32,000 nt of DNA from Candidatus Pelagibacter sp. HTCC7211 (GTDB lineage Bacteria > Pseudomonadota > Alphaproteobacteria > Pelagibacterales > Pelagibacteraceae), in assembly GCF_000155895.1 (NCBI RefSeq), contig NZ_DS995298.1, positions 1,230,001 to 1,262,000 on the forward strand. The letters are read 5' to 3'. The notes below the pieces were generated by a model. That model worked only from the letters and a program-made list of their open reading frames with translations. It did no database searches and was not told where the DNA came from. How positions within the stretch are numbered: the first letter of the stretch is position 1; every line of letters starts with the position of its first letter. Below are positions 31,640-32,000 of the stretch, in pieces. Both the position numbers and the translations under genes were made by a program.

Positions 31640-32000
31640 ATGTTTAGAGCAGTTATAGCGGGTTATTCAAGATCTCCTTTCACAATGGCAAGAAAAGGTG
31701 AATTGATTGACGTAAAACCTGTAAATTTACTTGCTGAAGTTGTTAGTAATCTTGTTTCTAAAACTAAAATTAATAAAAAAGAAATAGAAGACATTATAGT
31801 TGGATGTGCCTTTCAAACAGGTGAACAATGTTTCAATATTGGTAAATTAGTAACTTTTCTAACTGATATGGATATTAAAACATCTGGCATGACAGTAGAC
31901 AGATGGTGCGGATCATCCATGGAAGGTATTCATATAGCTGCAGGAAAAATAGCTATGGGATCTGGAAAAGTTTTTATTTGTGGTGGAGTTGAAAGTATGA
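31640..32000 (+). CDS. Thiolase (acetyl-CoA C-acyltransferase); 3' end lies outside the window
   Basis: My translation from ATG 31640 is MFRAVIAGYSRSPFTMARKGEL...VGCAFQTGEQ...TVDRWCGSSMEGIHIAAGKIAMG...ICGGVESM. This is the thiolase N-terminal domain with the active-site Cys context. It is open to the window end and is not in the ORF track because no stop is reached. Confidence 0.85.
   Translation, partial: MFRAVIAGYSRSPFTMARKGELIDVKPVNLLAEVVSNLVSKTKINKKEIEDIIVGCAFQTGEQCFNIGKLVTFLTDMDIKTSGMTVDRWCGSSMEGIHIAAGKIAMGSGKVFICGGVESM

Noticed and set aside
1-32000. Mobile elements, CRISPR arrays, tRNA/rRNA genes, toxin-antitoxin pairs and defence systems
   Set aside because: About 98% of the window is accounted for by the 30 CDSs. 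No transposase, integrase, Cas or nuclease-like translations, direct-repeat arrays or tRNA-like GC-rich segments were seen. I judged the remaining spacers, none longer than 156 nt, too short and too AT-rich to contain such elements.

Overview
The window is visibly AT-rich (about 30% G+C by eye, not computed) and extremely gene-dense. I call 30 protein-coding genes, two of them cut by the window edges. Only about 0.6 kb is non-coding by my boundaries. I saw no rRNA, tRNA, CRISPR array, transposase, integrase, phage gene or transcription-factor gene. The gene content (DmdA-like demethylase, GmaS / N-methylglutamate-synthase-type genes, several binding-protein genes) and the architecture (1-8 nt gene overlaps, 1-3 nt spacers) fit a streamlined marine alphaproteobacterium of the SAR11/Pelagibacterales type. 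That assignment comes from memory of these genomes, not from a search. All family calls rest on motifs read from the translations; no BLAST or HMM search was possible. Layout: (i) 2-4082 (+): glutamate-synthase-like gene, GS-III/GmaS-like gene, diaminopropionate ammonia-lyase homologue and an unknown 153-aa protein. (ii) 4104-11552 (-): eight unrelated housekeeping genes (csaA-like, lysE-family, acnA, yfgM-like, bamB, unknown, zapE, yjbQ) with no spacer longer than 2 nt. (iii) 11571-18831: ArgE-like deacylase, aldehyde dehydrogenase plus ureohydrolase, a secreted HExxH protein plus cyclophilin, and a FadN-type fusion. (iv) 18894-24361 (-): a Dpp/Opp-type ABC importer. (v) 24518-32000: a catabolic block with a second GcvT-family paralogue, a binding-protein-fold protein with no signal peptide, and a tight operon of S51 peptidase, FMN 2-hydroxy-acid oxidase, ThDP enzyme, atypical transthyretin-like protein, DmdA-like demethylase and thiolase. 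The best candidate for undescribed biology is the enzyme set co-packed with dmdA, a possible feeder route for 2-hydroxy/2-oxo organosulfur acids; this is hypothesis only. Secondary observations are three convergent gene pairs whose stop codons overlap by exactly 4 nt, an 18-bp divergent start-to-start junction suggesting leaderless mRNAs, an intra-operon hairpin after the ABC binding-protein gene, and a centred inverted repeat in the only long intergenic spacer. Nothing resembles a defence system or mobile island.
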